DNA of 64,000 bases, taken from positions 84,322,001-84,386,000 of the forward strand of contig NW_024704743.1 of assembly GCF_018977255.1 (NCBI RefSeq), written 5' to 3'. Position numbers and translations under genes: made by a program. This document shows positions 49,088 through 60,775 of the stretch, one piece after another. The stretch is from Callorhinchus milii (Eukaryota). The notes under the pieces were generated by a model. That model was given only the letters and a program-made list of their open reading frames with translations. It was not told where the DNA came from and did not search any database. The number at the start of each line of letters is the position of its first letter. The first letter of the stretch is position 1.

Positions 49088-49290
49088 TTTCATAACAGAA
49101 TTGATTTGATAATTATCACATTGACCTTGTTATAAAACTTTGCAGCTTCAAATGATAATTATTGACTAGTTCTGGGTGTGAATGTCTAGCACCCCACCTT
49201 TCCCTGGACTTCGGTAAAATAATCAGTCAAGTATTATCATCTGAAAGTTCAACCTTTATTGACAATTATCATATTGAATCTGCTATGAAA
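49088..49290. repeat. ~200-bp degenerate fold-back palindrome
   Basis: Outer arms TTTCATAACAGAATTGATTTGATAATTATCA / TGACAATTATCATATTGAATCTGCTATGAAA; inner arms TTCAAATGATAATTATTGACT / AGTCAAGTATTATCATCTGAA. Confidence 0.75.
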
Positions 49291-50878
49291 CATTGCATTT
49301 TTGATGACTATAAAAGAACAGGCAAGTTTTATTCATGAACAATTAGAGTTGTTGATTTTAGGTTGCTATCAGTGTTTAACAATAAAGATTGATTTAAGGA
49401 GAAATCTCCAGTTCAGACACAATTATTTTTCATGGCTATGTGGCTATTATAGAGTTGAGAATATAATAATTGGAGGAACAGTGCTACAGGGTGTGATGTG
49501 TTACAGCTCAGAAGACCTGGGTGTAAGATTTTGCCCATTATTCCATTCACGGGACACAGGGGCAATAAGAGTGATAATAGATAATGCATTGGCATTGGTC
49601 TTTCTTACAACGGCATTGACCTTTTGTGGCAATTGCATGTTTTAAAATAAAATGGTCTTGCAGGCTGAAACTGGGTGGAATTTGGGGCATGGAATGTATT
49701 TAAGGATATTAAAATGTTGTTGTCTCCCCTCCACTGCCCTGCTTCCAGTCATGGAATGAGAAGCCATGAGGCAAAACACAAAAGATAGTGGGAGCAAGGA
49801 ACATTTGGCATTGGTAATGAAAGATGCAAACTCTAAGGAGGATATTTCAAAATAGAAAGGATGTTGGATTGTACATACTGGAATGAATGAATAATCTGCA
49901 GTGGGCTTGGGGTTCAAATGACATTCATTAAACAATCAAGCTGCACTCCTTTGGTTTGTGATATGATCTGAACCCCTTGAGTGCATTAGGATTCTCTCAG
50001 ATGTAAGATTCAATATTTTTTATGCTTTCAGCTGCATTAATGACATTGATGGTAACTAAAAGAGAAATTGTTGACCTGCATTGGGTGTAATAAAAAAACA
50101 AATCTCTTTTACAAAATGGTCTATTGGATATGCCATTCAATACACTGCCTTCTGATCATATAGGATTTTTATAGTATAGTATTGTAAGCCCATTGAAGAA
50201 AATAAAATCCAAATTCTGCAGGAATTTTCCTTTGTTACATGAAGGGTAATAGGATCCAACAGGGCAATTTCAAGATACTATAACATTTCTGATAAGGTAA
50301 TGAAAAAAATAATCAAATGTACACAGCACACTCTTTAACACTGTCATATCTGTCTCCTAACATTCAGGATGTTTAAAGGAACAGGAAAATGTACTGTCAA
50401 TCTAAAACACTTGCCTCCCCCTCCCACCCAAGTCAGGTCAAAAATGGTTGGAAAATCTTCAACTTAGTTTTAATGTTATTTTATTCTGCCCCCAGCAAGA
50501 TGTGCAATTTTGTATCTTTCAGGGAGTTGCAGAGATGACGTCAGCCAGGACTTCATAGGGAATCTCACACATCTGGACCTGAACTGAAATTAGGTACCAT
50601 AGAGGAAACAAATTCAGTCGTGGCTCAGTGGCAGCATATGAAAGCATCATTTCCATCTCCTTGAAGTCTGAATGATCATTGTGGTAGAGGAAAGGTCAGG
50701 GCAAAATATTGTGACAAAACTCTGACACAATTTTCTAATGCAGAAACCTTTTTCTAAACAATTCTAAACAATAGAATCATCTGAATAAGCCAATGGATAT
50801 TCTGTATGCAGCCTTGTTTTTTTGATAGATTTGTGTTACAGACTAGGTGGGCCTCCAAACCAAGGGAATCATGTTTCC

Positions 50879-50947
50879 TTAACCCTCTGCCCTTGCTGTC
50901 CTGATTGTTTCTTGTAAAAAAAAGCTCAGGAAGGGCAGAGGGGTTAA
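50879..50947. mobile_element. 61-bp TTAA-flanked inverted-repeat element (piggyBac-type miniature)
   Basis: TTAA|CCCTCTGCCCTT...AAGGGCAGAGGGG|TTAA with inner TCCTGA/TCAGGA arms. Confidence 0.6.
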
Positions 50948-51904
50948 CAATTTGATCCTAATAGGCAGTTTTACTTAATTGATTGAAGACCTAAGAGTTT
51001 TCTCAACAGTGAGAAGCTTTCTGTTTCACTAAGTGAGATACAATCCAATGCTGCTTTCAACCTGCCTGCACTCATCGGGTGACACTGAGGTGCACTTTTT
51101 ACATCAATGAACTGAAACTGGGCACTAGTTGTTCTCTGGAAAACAAACTATTCTGTGCTGGATTTCACACTGCCCCCTGTTTACAAATGGGACTTGGAGC
51201 AAACCCCACTCCCACACAATTTCAGAATATTCTTCAGCTGGCAATCGCTGCTGATGACAGGACTCCAACCACCCAGTTCTCATCAAAACTTTTCCTGATT
51301 GAACTTCACATGAGTAAAGTGTGGCGAGTGTGTATTTTGTAGGCAAATACAGCAACTGATTTGCACCTGGCAATGTGACACACACAACCATGAAGTGAAT
51401 GATTAAATTCATTCAGAAGAGAGCTGACCAAGACATGAGACAAAACTCCATTCTCTTTGTGGATAGTACTATTGGATCTTTAGCATCCACCTCAATGTCT
51501 ACCTGATGGGATAACGGTGCAGGATCCATTTTAAAATGTCGGAGTTCCAATAGGGTTTACAAAGGATTTATAAATAATGAACTCTGCCAATACAACACAA
51601 AATACTGCAGAAGCTGGAAATCTGAAACAAAAATCCTGCCAATACTGGATATGCGTCACACCACTCCAAATAAATAAACATAATTTTCTGGATAGAAAGA
51701 ATCCTCCACAAATTGTTGACATTTCACCCTGAGGCGCAAACAATGCAACACCATTTTTATGAATCGATAATATTTGGTTAAAATTTTCTAGAATTATATA
51801 TTAGCTTATATTCGCTTATTTTATGGAATCTAAGAAGTTATTATTTCCTTCATCGGCTTCCAAACATTTGCATGTGGTAATCTCTATTATTGGAAAAGTT
51901 TCTG

Positions 51905-52165
51905 GGTTTTTTTGTTTAGGTCAGCTGGGTGTCTGACATGCAGACACCTATCACCATGAGTATCCAAACCAGACTGAAAGTTTCATTTATGCCTTCTAAA
52001 CATTGGAAATCTCCTGTGTATGAAATAGAATACACACTCTCCACCCGAAAGAATGCTGCCTGCTTACCTAACTTCTGAGAGTATTTGGTGTAGGTTGGCA
52101 AGAGCCAAGTTTTGGGGGCCCAGAGTGTAAGTTGGGGTACTGGTGGAGTCCAACCAGCTACTTGG
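51905..52165 (-). mobile_element. LF-SINE-like dispersed repeat, 3' part
   Basis: TTTTTTGTTTAGGTCAGCTGGGTGTCTGACA...GGCAAGAGCCAAGTTTTGGGGGCCCAGAGTGTAAGTTGGGGTACTGGTGGAGTCCAACCAGCTA. Confidence 0.68.
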
Positions 52166-54164
52166 CTTTACTAATTTGCACCTATAATGGGAAGTCCCAC
52201 GATAATCCTAATTATTTACAAGGAGAGAATTACACTCCCCCCCACCATCCCTCCCCATGTTGAATATTTGCAGAATAAAGTACCCCAGAGCAGACCAGCA
52301 ATAGTGCACAACTGCGATAATTTGTCTGTTTAGGAGTAGGATTGAAGATTCTAAGGATAATACCAGACACAGATGATCAACTGCCCTCTATTAGTGCAAT
52401 GGTTCATGTGGTTCGATGCCTTGGATAAGTTACCTTTGGAATGTGACTGGTCAGATTTGTAAGGGTGAGTTGCAAGGTTGGATTGATGACCTGCAGTTTT
52501 GCTTGATTACCCTAGGGGAAGACTGAGAAGAAATCCCACAGAACTTTATTTTCATGATGATTTACCAGATTTAGTTTGCAGTAAAACATTGAAGGAGTCA
52601 ACTTTATGGTCTATGTGACACTTATCCTATTGAATGAGCCTATCCTCTTGGGGAGAGTGGGAGGTAAGCAGTGCATGCTTAGAGCTGAGCTGGCTGCAAG
52701 GTGACATGCTTGGTAACAGAATGTCAGAATCAAGTCATGCCTCTGTGGAGGTCTCAATAGCCTGGTTCCTGAGGCATTACTAATGACTAACCATTACAAT
52801 TCTACTGTACAATCAGCATATTTACTCTTGATTGGAGAGCCTCATCCGTGCCCTCATTCAAGGGCTGTTGACTGGATGCTGGCACTTCCTTACACAGAGG
52901 GAGGTTACAACAAAAACAAATTACACTTGTATAGCACCCTTCGCGTCAGAAAGACGTCCCAGCCACTGGACAATCAGGGGTTTTGGTTACAGAGAAAGTG
53001 AGAAATATTCACCCCAGGTCTAGCAGTCTGCATTCTTCCTAGGTACTACTTGCAAAGCAGAGTTGCAATATGGTTGCCAACATGCCATCTGGCAAGACAT
53101 GATGCAGAGACCCACAAGTATTGATTCAGCATTTCCTCCTGTTGTTTAGACATGGTGCTCATGAGTAGACCCAGTAGGATTCAAACATAAAGCCTTGCGA
53201 TATCAAGTCCAGTGCTTAGCTGACTGCTCTGCCAAGGTTTAAAACACATTTGAGATCATAAGTGATGCTTTGATTAGCCATCAGAGCATTGTAAGGCCAC
53301 TGATGCACTCGCTTAGAAAAATACCTATACTCCAAATTTCTTATAGTCTTTGTCCTAGTACCATGATCTTAAAATTTAAGATTGTGGTGGAAGTTTTCTG
53401 CAAATTTAAGAATTTAAAATTCAGCATTATCTTAAATTTTAAGCTAATTGTCTTAAAGCTACAGTCAAGCCTCAGAAATGTTTAATGTTCCATTCTGCAG
53501 CATATACACAGCTTTGAGTCCATATTGTTCTTTTCAATAAAAATAGGAGAAAAGCATTTTATTCAGTACGATGACAATTTACATTTAAACATAGATAGCG
53601 CCTTTCAAGTCGGGATGACATCATGAGCGTCACACGGCTGACTGGGAGCTCGTGATGGGAGTGTAGCTGAGGAGGGGAGGGAGAAGGTTGCATGCTATTT
53701 ATTAGCTGTGTATGTGGGCTAGGGAGCAAGAGGCAGGGGGGGAAGAACAGACTAGTGAAGCCCAATTTCTGACTTTATTCAACATTTGTTTTGCCTACAA
53801 AATACAGTCACTGCACTTTACAGTACATCCTGTGAAGTGCTTTGAGATGTCTTCCTGATGTGAAAGCTGCTATTTAAAATGTAAGGATTATTATAACTAA
53901 TAATAACCATTTCAGTCCCAAGGTGCTCTAACTCTAACATCAGAAGTTTGCCAATAGAAAAGTAAAATATAATTAGACTAACTTGGACACTCCTCCCTTT
54001 GTGATGGAATTGAAGTGTTGAGATGAACTTTTATCTCAATATGACTGGGGTGGTGGCGGGGATATGACTATGGGGGTAAATATGGCTGTGGGGAGAATAA
54101 ATGGAATCAATATACTGTGAGGGTAAATAGAAATATATTTGTGGGGGGTAAATAGAACTGTTTC

Positions 54165-54247
54165 TTAACCATTCAATGTGAGAATTATAATTATCACTCT
54201 TGACATGTTATCACATGGTGATAATTATAATCACAGTGGATGATTAT
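54165..54247. repeat. Short AT-rich fold-back palindrome
   Basis: Perfect 14-bp arms ATTATAATTATCAC (54184-54197) / GTGATAATTATAAT (54218-54231) with outer CATTCAATGTG / CACAGTGGATG. Confidence 0.7.
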
Positions 54248-54631
54248 GAAATGCCACTATTGTATCCTCCATATTGCAATAAACCTTATCCTATGTTGAA
54301 GAAAAAGCTTACATTTCTCCTGAAAATATATATTTTTTAAAATGTTTTCATGTTTCAGTAATAAGGTATGAAGAATAGATAACTCACCATAATCTTCGAT
54401 CTAAACTCTCATTTATGCGTTTTGAATCAAATTCCCCCTTCGCTCCCCTTCTCACTGTATGGTTCCAAGACCCGACCTGGGGCTTGAACCCACAGGATTC
54501 TGACTCAGAGGCAAGAGTGCTACTACCAATGTGCCAGGCTGACGCACGTATAACTACAAGTTAGTATTGTTGTTATTCAATTGTGAAGATTTTTATGGGT
54601 TTATCATTTAATATTTCATGGGCATATCAAT

Positions 54632-54840
54632 GGGGAGAAACTCCACCAGGGTCGATAAATATGCAGCATTTTAAAACATCTTCAATTTGGCAAACTGTTG
54701 AATTCAATCTTAACGTTCTTGCAGTTTCTTGAAGAAACTTTCAGAAAAACTGGATTCAAAATTAAGGCTGTATCAAATTCTAGGTGCTCTGAGATGTTAC
54801 AAAAATTAAGTAAATCTACACACTGGTGGAATTTTTCCCC
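54632..54840. mobile_element. MITE with both TIRs (GGGGAGAAACTCCACCAG / CTGGTGGAATTTTTCCCC)
   Basis: 18-bp terminal inverted repeats with 2 mismatches; interior matches 44330-44570 (TTTGGCAAA...GAAACTT.CAGAAAAAC.GG.TTCAAA). Confidence 0.75.
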
Positions 54841-56179
54841 GTAAGATTGAATTCCAGGAATGGAAATTACCTATTTTAACAAACCTATTATTGGCAGAAG
54901 ATTACCAAAAAGGAATCTCTGAAAATTACAAACAAAGTTGGTTTCTCTAAACCACACTGAAAGNTTTTTTTATTGAACTTGAAAGGTTACGGTTTAAACC
55001 AGGTCAAGGAGATCGGAGTTTTACATCATATCGTATAGTGCAATAAAAATTCTTCTCGTGGCTTGTCTTTTTGAAGTGGTGGGGCATTTAGAGCTAAGAG
55101 ATGGAAAGAGTCTTGTAATCATCTGGCTAAGATCTCTCTATTCTGCTTTTCAAACAAGCCATTATCCCAAGTGTCAGCAGTCTCCCTGACAGACCTTTGA
55201 CCTTGGCTTTGTGACCAGCTGCTCAATTTTCCCCTTATGGGCTTTGAGCTTCGCTGACAAGAAGCCTGTGAATATATTTCATCCTGATTTAGTAAATTTC
55301 ATTTATCCATCTCCATTATTTACTTCAATGTTCAGAAGACATCTTTTTTGGAGCTATTCCTTTCTAATTGAAGAGGTGGATATATGTGGCCAATTAGCAA
55401 TCACTAAAGACAAACACTCTCATGGACCCACTCCCACTGAAGTAAACAGTTATTATTTCTGAGTTAAGTGCCATTTTGCTTTGACCGATAAAGCATTTGT
55501 CTTATGCTGATGGAGCACAGATTGGTTGTCAATGTGCAATCAAAGTGAAATCATAGTTTCTAGCAGAACAATTTTACACTGGCTATGATTTTCAAATAAT
55601 TAAGTGATTGTCATTTTGATGAAAAGTGCAAAAGTGATATGTAGGCACACGAACATAATATCAAAAATTCAATAACCTTTTACATTACATGTGTAGCTGC
55701 AATTAATCATTATAACAACAACAACTTGGATTTATATAGCGCCCTCCACGCCGGATGGCGTCTGAGAGCACTTAAATTATCCATTCATTTAGAGTCAAAT
55801 CATTGGGTTTGGTAAACTGCAGACACCAGATCATTTTAATATCATACATCAAGAGGTCATGCCAAATGTAAAATATCTCCAAACCTACAGTACCTAAATA
55901 TTCAGAAGGCCTTGATAACAATGGTCGTGCAGTGCCTTAGCTAATCCAGCACCCTCAGTACATTTCAGAAGTTCTTCTGCAAGTTGACAACATCAGACAA
56001 AATTTTGTGAATTACTTTCAGACACACTGAGGCAGAAGAACAAGAGTTTTGTTTTATTTTTCTAGTTCCCTCACCATCCAGTGTTTTTTAAGAGTCAAAC
56101 TGCCAATTTAGCATCAGATTATGGCAATAAACAAAATCGAATCTGTCCAAACTCATTTTACATTGGACCTTGCAATTGG

Positions 56180-56270
56180 CAGCCTTTCATCCCATCAATC
56201 AGGGCTGGATTCAAATGGAGGTCCCTGAAGTGAAAACATAGACCTAAACTAACTTTGCCACCCTGTTCCC
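56180..56270 (-). mobile_element. Degraded tRNA-like SINE head (LF-SINE-like)
   Basis: Minus strand TTTCACTTCAGGGACCTCCATTTGAATCCAGCCC resembles the remembered LF-SINE head TTTCACCTCTAGG...TTCGAATCCAGCCC. Confidence 0.4.
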
Positions 56271-56794
56271 TGAAGGTGCCCATTTTCTTTTAATTCTGGT
56301 TGTCGTCCTTATTAAATTGATTTATTCTCATTTTAATTGCCATGACATGTGGTCCAGCTGACACCATTAAGTGCAAAACAATTGCCCAACCCTGCCGGTG
56401 CTTAACTAAAAAGCTGCTTTGTTAAATCCACAACGTGCATTGTGATGTTCAAATATACATGAAAGGGTTATTCCGTTTGATGATCGCTAATGAATGTCTA
56501 AAATAAAATGAAACCTGCAAGGTGTGCTGTTTGTTCGAGATTAAAGGGGTCAATATCACCTGAAATTGCTGGCTTACTGGACATTCTGAAAACAAACAAA
56601 TTGGCTGCTCAGCTACAGTGTTAATTCACTGCAATCTGCACACCACTAGAATTTTTTTATAAAATGCTTTAAGCTGTGCAGTCGTCGTGTAGAAGTGTTT
56701 AGGTGATGTCTGCAGTGTTGAGTCTTTTCCAAACAAGAGTACTGTAGTTAGAAAAAGTTTACATTCCATTTGCATTTTGCCCACAAAATATACA

Positions 56795-57395
56795 ACAACA
56801 ACAACAAGATTTCATTTATAGAGTGCCTTTCACATCGGGAGGACGTCCCAAGGCGCTGGACAGTTGGGTCGGGACCCGAGCAGGGGGGAAATGATCAGGG
56901 TAAGGGGAGGGAAGGGAGGGAGCGAGGAGGGGGTAGAGAGTCGAGAGGGGAGATGAAGGCTCGGTCAAAGAGAAAGGTCTTGAGACCGGCCTTGAAGGAG
57001 GAAAGGGAGGAAGCAAGGCGAAGGCACTGGGGGATAGAGTTCCAGAGCCTCGGGGCTGAGAGGCTGAAGGCCCGGCCACCGATGGTAGGGCGGGTGGGAC
57101 GGGGGACGTGGAGCAGACCGGAGCCAGAGGAACGGAGGGTACGGGCAGGTAGGTAGGGGGATAGTAGGTCGGAGAGGTAGGAGGGAGCAAGGCCGTGAAT
57201 GGCCTTGTAGGTGAGGATGAGGATCTTGAATTCGATCCTCTGGGGGATGGGGAGCCAGTGGAGGCGAGCGAGGGTGGGAGTGATGTGGTCCCGAAGCCTG
57301 GTGTGGGACAGTACGCGAGCTGCAGAGTTCTGAATGACCTGCAGCTTGTGGAGGGAGGTGCCGGGAAGGCCGACGAAGAGAGAGTTCCCATAGTC
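56795..57395 (-). mobile_element. 5'-truncated L2 LINE nested in a SINE 3' region, with 9-bp TSD
   Basis: L2 C-terminus and 3' UTR on minus strand; AAATATACA at 56786-56794 and 57396-57404; SINE continues GTCAATTCATTTTACAG...CAAATGCAAGGATTATT to ~57503. Confidence 0.93.
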
Positions 57396-58724
57396 AAATA
57401 TACAGTCAATTCATTTTACAGTATATTCTGTGAAGCAGAATTTTGAGATATCTCAAAGACATGATAAGCCGGTATATCAAATGCAAGGATTATTGTTATT
57501 ATTGTAGCACTTTAAATTGCTGCAAGGTGTTACACTAATCACTGAGCCTCCCAGCCGGCACCTGTTGGAATGAGAGTGTTTCTTTAATGATGAAGTAAAA
57601 GATAGTTGTAGTGGAATTTGGCCAAACTCCAGTGGTCAGTGGTTTAAACAGGCCAAAGTTCAGATTTGAGAAAGTTCTTTTGCCAACAAGGATTAATTCA
57701 AAGGAGGCTGATCGTTTTTAAAAAAAATACAGAGATGCTTATTTCAAATCATCAAAATGCCCATTAAATGTGCACCGTGCCATACTCTTTGCCATGTCAT
57801 GTTTTCTGTTCTTAGCATATTAGTAGCGAGATAAAATAGTAAGCCCCTCCCTCCCTCCCTCTTTCTCTCTCTGCTTCATCCCCTAACCCTACAGGACAAG
57901 CACTGGCTTTCTATGTAAAGAGAATATGGTCACAGATCTCAGATATCAACAGTGACAATGAGATTGCATTGACATCAACAATCAACATCGACAATCCATA
58001 TCCAACTATGTAATATGTTTTGTTTCTCTCGGTTCTGTTACAAAAGGTTTAAATTAAAAACTATGCCTATGTCCAAAGGCAAAATATTTCAATTTCCACA
58101 TGCGCTAGGTGGCAATGGCAGGCATTTGTTACAAATCTGTATCTAGGGAATATAAACATTATCTGAACCTCAAGACTATCCACATTTTGCTATTTTGCAA
58201 GCCAATGTTCCAACCTGTTCTAAAGTGTGACATTAAATTTAGAATATTGGATACATAGGAATGGAATCACAGTGCTACAATGTAATTGAGGGCTAGAACT
58301 GATGCATTTAAACCACAAGAGAAAAGCCCGAGCTTATATACATAAGAGGATAAAATCTTTTAGAAACAACAAAAGATCATTAGGTCAATCCCACCAAGCC
58401 AACTTTTCACTGCATATCTCAATCGCAAGAACATAAACACAAAATAACAGGTGATCCATGTATATTGTTATAATTTAAATAGCCTACAATTCCTTTACAG
58501 CATTAGTGGCATTAATAATGGAATTTTGATAGAACAAAAATCTCAAAATCCCATTTTGGGGGCATTAAGAAATCAATATAATCAATGTAAAAACCTTAAT
58601 GTAAAACCGTTGCTGTGCACAATTAGCTGAGGCATTTTGCCCACAAAATACAGAGCCAATCCATTCTACAGTGTATGCTGTGATGCACTTTGAGACATCT
58701 CAATGACGTGATAAGGCACTGTAT

Positions 58725-59832
58725 CAACAACAACAAAATTACATTTGTATTGCGCCTTTCATTTTGGGGGGATGTCCCAAGGCACTGGACAATCAGTGTT
58801 TCGGACCCGAGCTGGAAGTCGGGATTAAGGAGGGTGGAAGGCAGAGGGGGAAGGAGGGTGACCAAAGGCACAGTCGAAGAGGAGAGTCTTGAGATGGGTC
58901 TTGAGGCAAGGGAGGAGACCAGGTGGTGGAATTGTGGGATGATGTTCCAGAGGATGTGAAGAGAGTGTCTGAAGGCCCACTCACCAAAGGAACCCGCTGA
59001 GCAGAGAGAGCGGTCACGTTGCTAGGACCTTAGAAGGTTGCAAAGGTAGGGGAGAGAAAGGCTATGGTGGGCTTTGAAAGTAATGACCAGGATCTTAAAC
59101 TGTCGAGCGAAGATAGGAGTGATAGGGTCGCAGAGTCTGGTGAGGGAGAGGACACAAGTTGCAGAGTCTGGATGATCTGCAGCCTATGGAGGGAGGCTGA
59201 CAAGCAAGGAGTTTGCATAGTCGAACCTGGATGTTATGAATGTGTGTATGAGGGTCTCAGCAGCCTGTTGTGTGAGCCAGTGATGGAGCTGGGCAATGTT
59301 GCGGAGGTGGGAGAAGGCAGAGCAGGTCATATAGATGTGAGATAGAAAGGATAGTTGAGGGTCAACCAAGACGCCATGGTTCTGGATTGGCTTAGTAAGG
59401 TGGAGTGTGCAACCATGGATGGTGATGATGTCAGCGCCTGAAGTGAGGAGGCGCTGACGGAAGCCAATCATGAGAGCCTCGGTCTTGTTGATGTTCAACT
59501 ATAGAAAGTTAGCTCTAATCCAGGACTTGATGTCTGACAGACATTCTGTCAGCACAGCAGTGGTCCTGGAGTCGAGGGTGGAAGCAGGGAGATTGAGTTG
59601 AATATCATCCGCAGACATGTGGAAGTTGCTAGAGGAGAAGCCATTTGTGGAGATGATGTGGAAACGGTGTGAGAGGTACGATCTGAACCATTCAAGGACA
59701 GACCCATGAAGGTTGAGGTGAGAGGAGAGGCGGTGGAGGAGGATAAAGTGGTCAACAGTATTATTTATCACTTTGACCAAAGCTGTTTCTGTGCTGTGGG
59801 AGGTAGGGGAACCCAATTGGAGGGGTTCATGA
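58725..59832 (-). mobile_element. Older L2 LINE with internal deletions, abutting a SINE tail
   Basis: Minus ORFs 59499-59816 (STETALVKVINN...SADDIQL...CLSDIKSWIRANFL) and 59184-59498 (NKTEALMIG...SRFDYANSLL); (CAA)n starts inside SINE tail 58632-58727. Confidence 0.9.
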
Positions 59833-60575
59833 AAGGTCCGATTTTGGTTTTGGCTGAATAATTTTCAGCTATTGCAGCCTGCATAACTATCTGCTTCTTA
59901 ATTCAACAATAGCTCTGTGTAGCGTGAGGTACAGGACTTTATATTGATAGCAAACAAAATATGTCTGGGAGAGTGCAAAAAGCTAGAAGGGTTATGATAA
60001 CACATAAACATTTTTTAATAATCCAGGCTCCAAGAATGTGCAGCAACCCTGAAGAAACTTTTTGTTTCCTGGGAAATGGAAATTTTTCCCATTTTCTTAC
60101 TATCAGCACTTCCTATTCCCTCTTTGGGACCAAGCAAAGTGATAGAGGCCCAATTTCAGAAGAGCACTCCTATCTGAACCAATGTGACAAGTGGTATTTT
60201 CCCAACAAGCCTGCTTGTGACTTCTTCAAGTGAGCCTCCCAATTCAGTTAGTTTCAGTGAGCCAAATGGGTTTATGACTCACCAAATTGATCATATATAG
60301 CACCTATGTAGGCAACAAACAGGGGAGACTTCAGTCCCATTAGTTTGGCTTAAATTTTAACAGCAGTTCTCAGAGGTGAATAACCAGCACAACTCATTTT
60401 TATCCTATTTTGTGTTTTATGTTTATCCTACTCCTCTTTGCTGTCTGAGTTATTTCTTTAGTTACAATCTCTAAATTACGTTGTGCAAAATGCATAGCAT
60501 AACAAGAGAATCATTTAAAAAAAAACTTGACACTGTGATGGGTGGATATTCTGGAGGTATGAGATCAAATGGGTT

Positions 60576-60775
60576 ATAATAATAATAATAATCCTTGCAT
60601 TTGATATAGCGCTTTTCACGTCAGGAGGACGTCCCAAAGCGCTTCACAGAACACACTGTAAAGTGAATTGACTGTATATTTGTGGGCGAACGCGGTAGCC
60701 AATTGTGCACAGCAATGTCCCACAAACAGTCATGGATTGAAAATGACCAATTTATTATTGTTTTTGGTTTTGGTC
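60576..60775 (-). mobile_element. Young tRNA-SINE 3' half
   Basis: Almost identical to 42740-42935; truncated before the head. Confidence 0.9.

Noticed and set aside
50523..50600. Plus-strand exon after TATCTTTCAG containing a TGACGTCA (CRE) site
   Set aside because: All frames stop before the weak donor; a single CRE motif is not enough evidence.
51590..51633. Penelope-like terminal fragment AAAATACTGCAGAAGCTGGAAATCTGAAAC; hammerhead ribozyme search
   Set aside because: Only ~40 bp of remembered similarity; no complete CUGANGA...GAAA core with supporting stems seen.
54964..54964. Single N base
   Set aside because: Assembly ambiguity, not biological.
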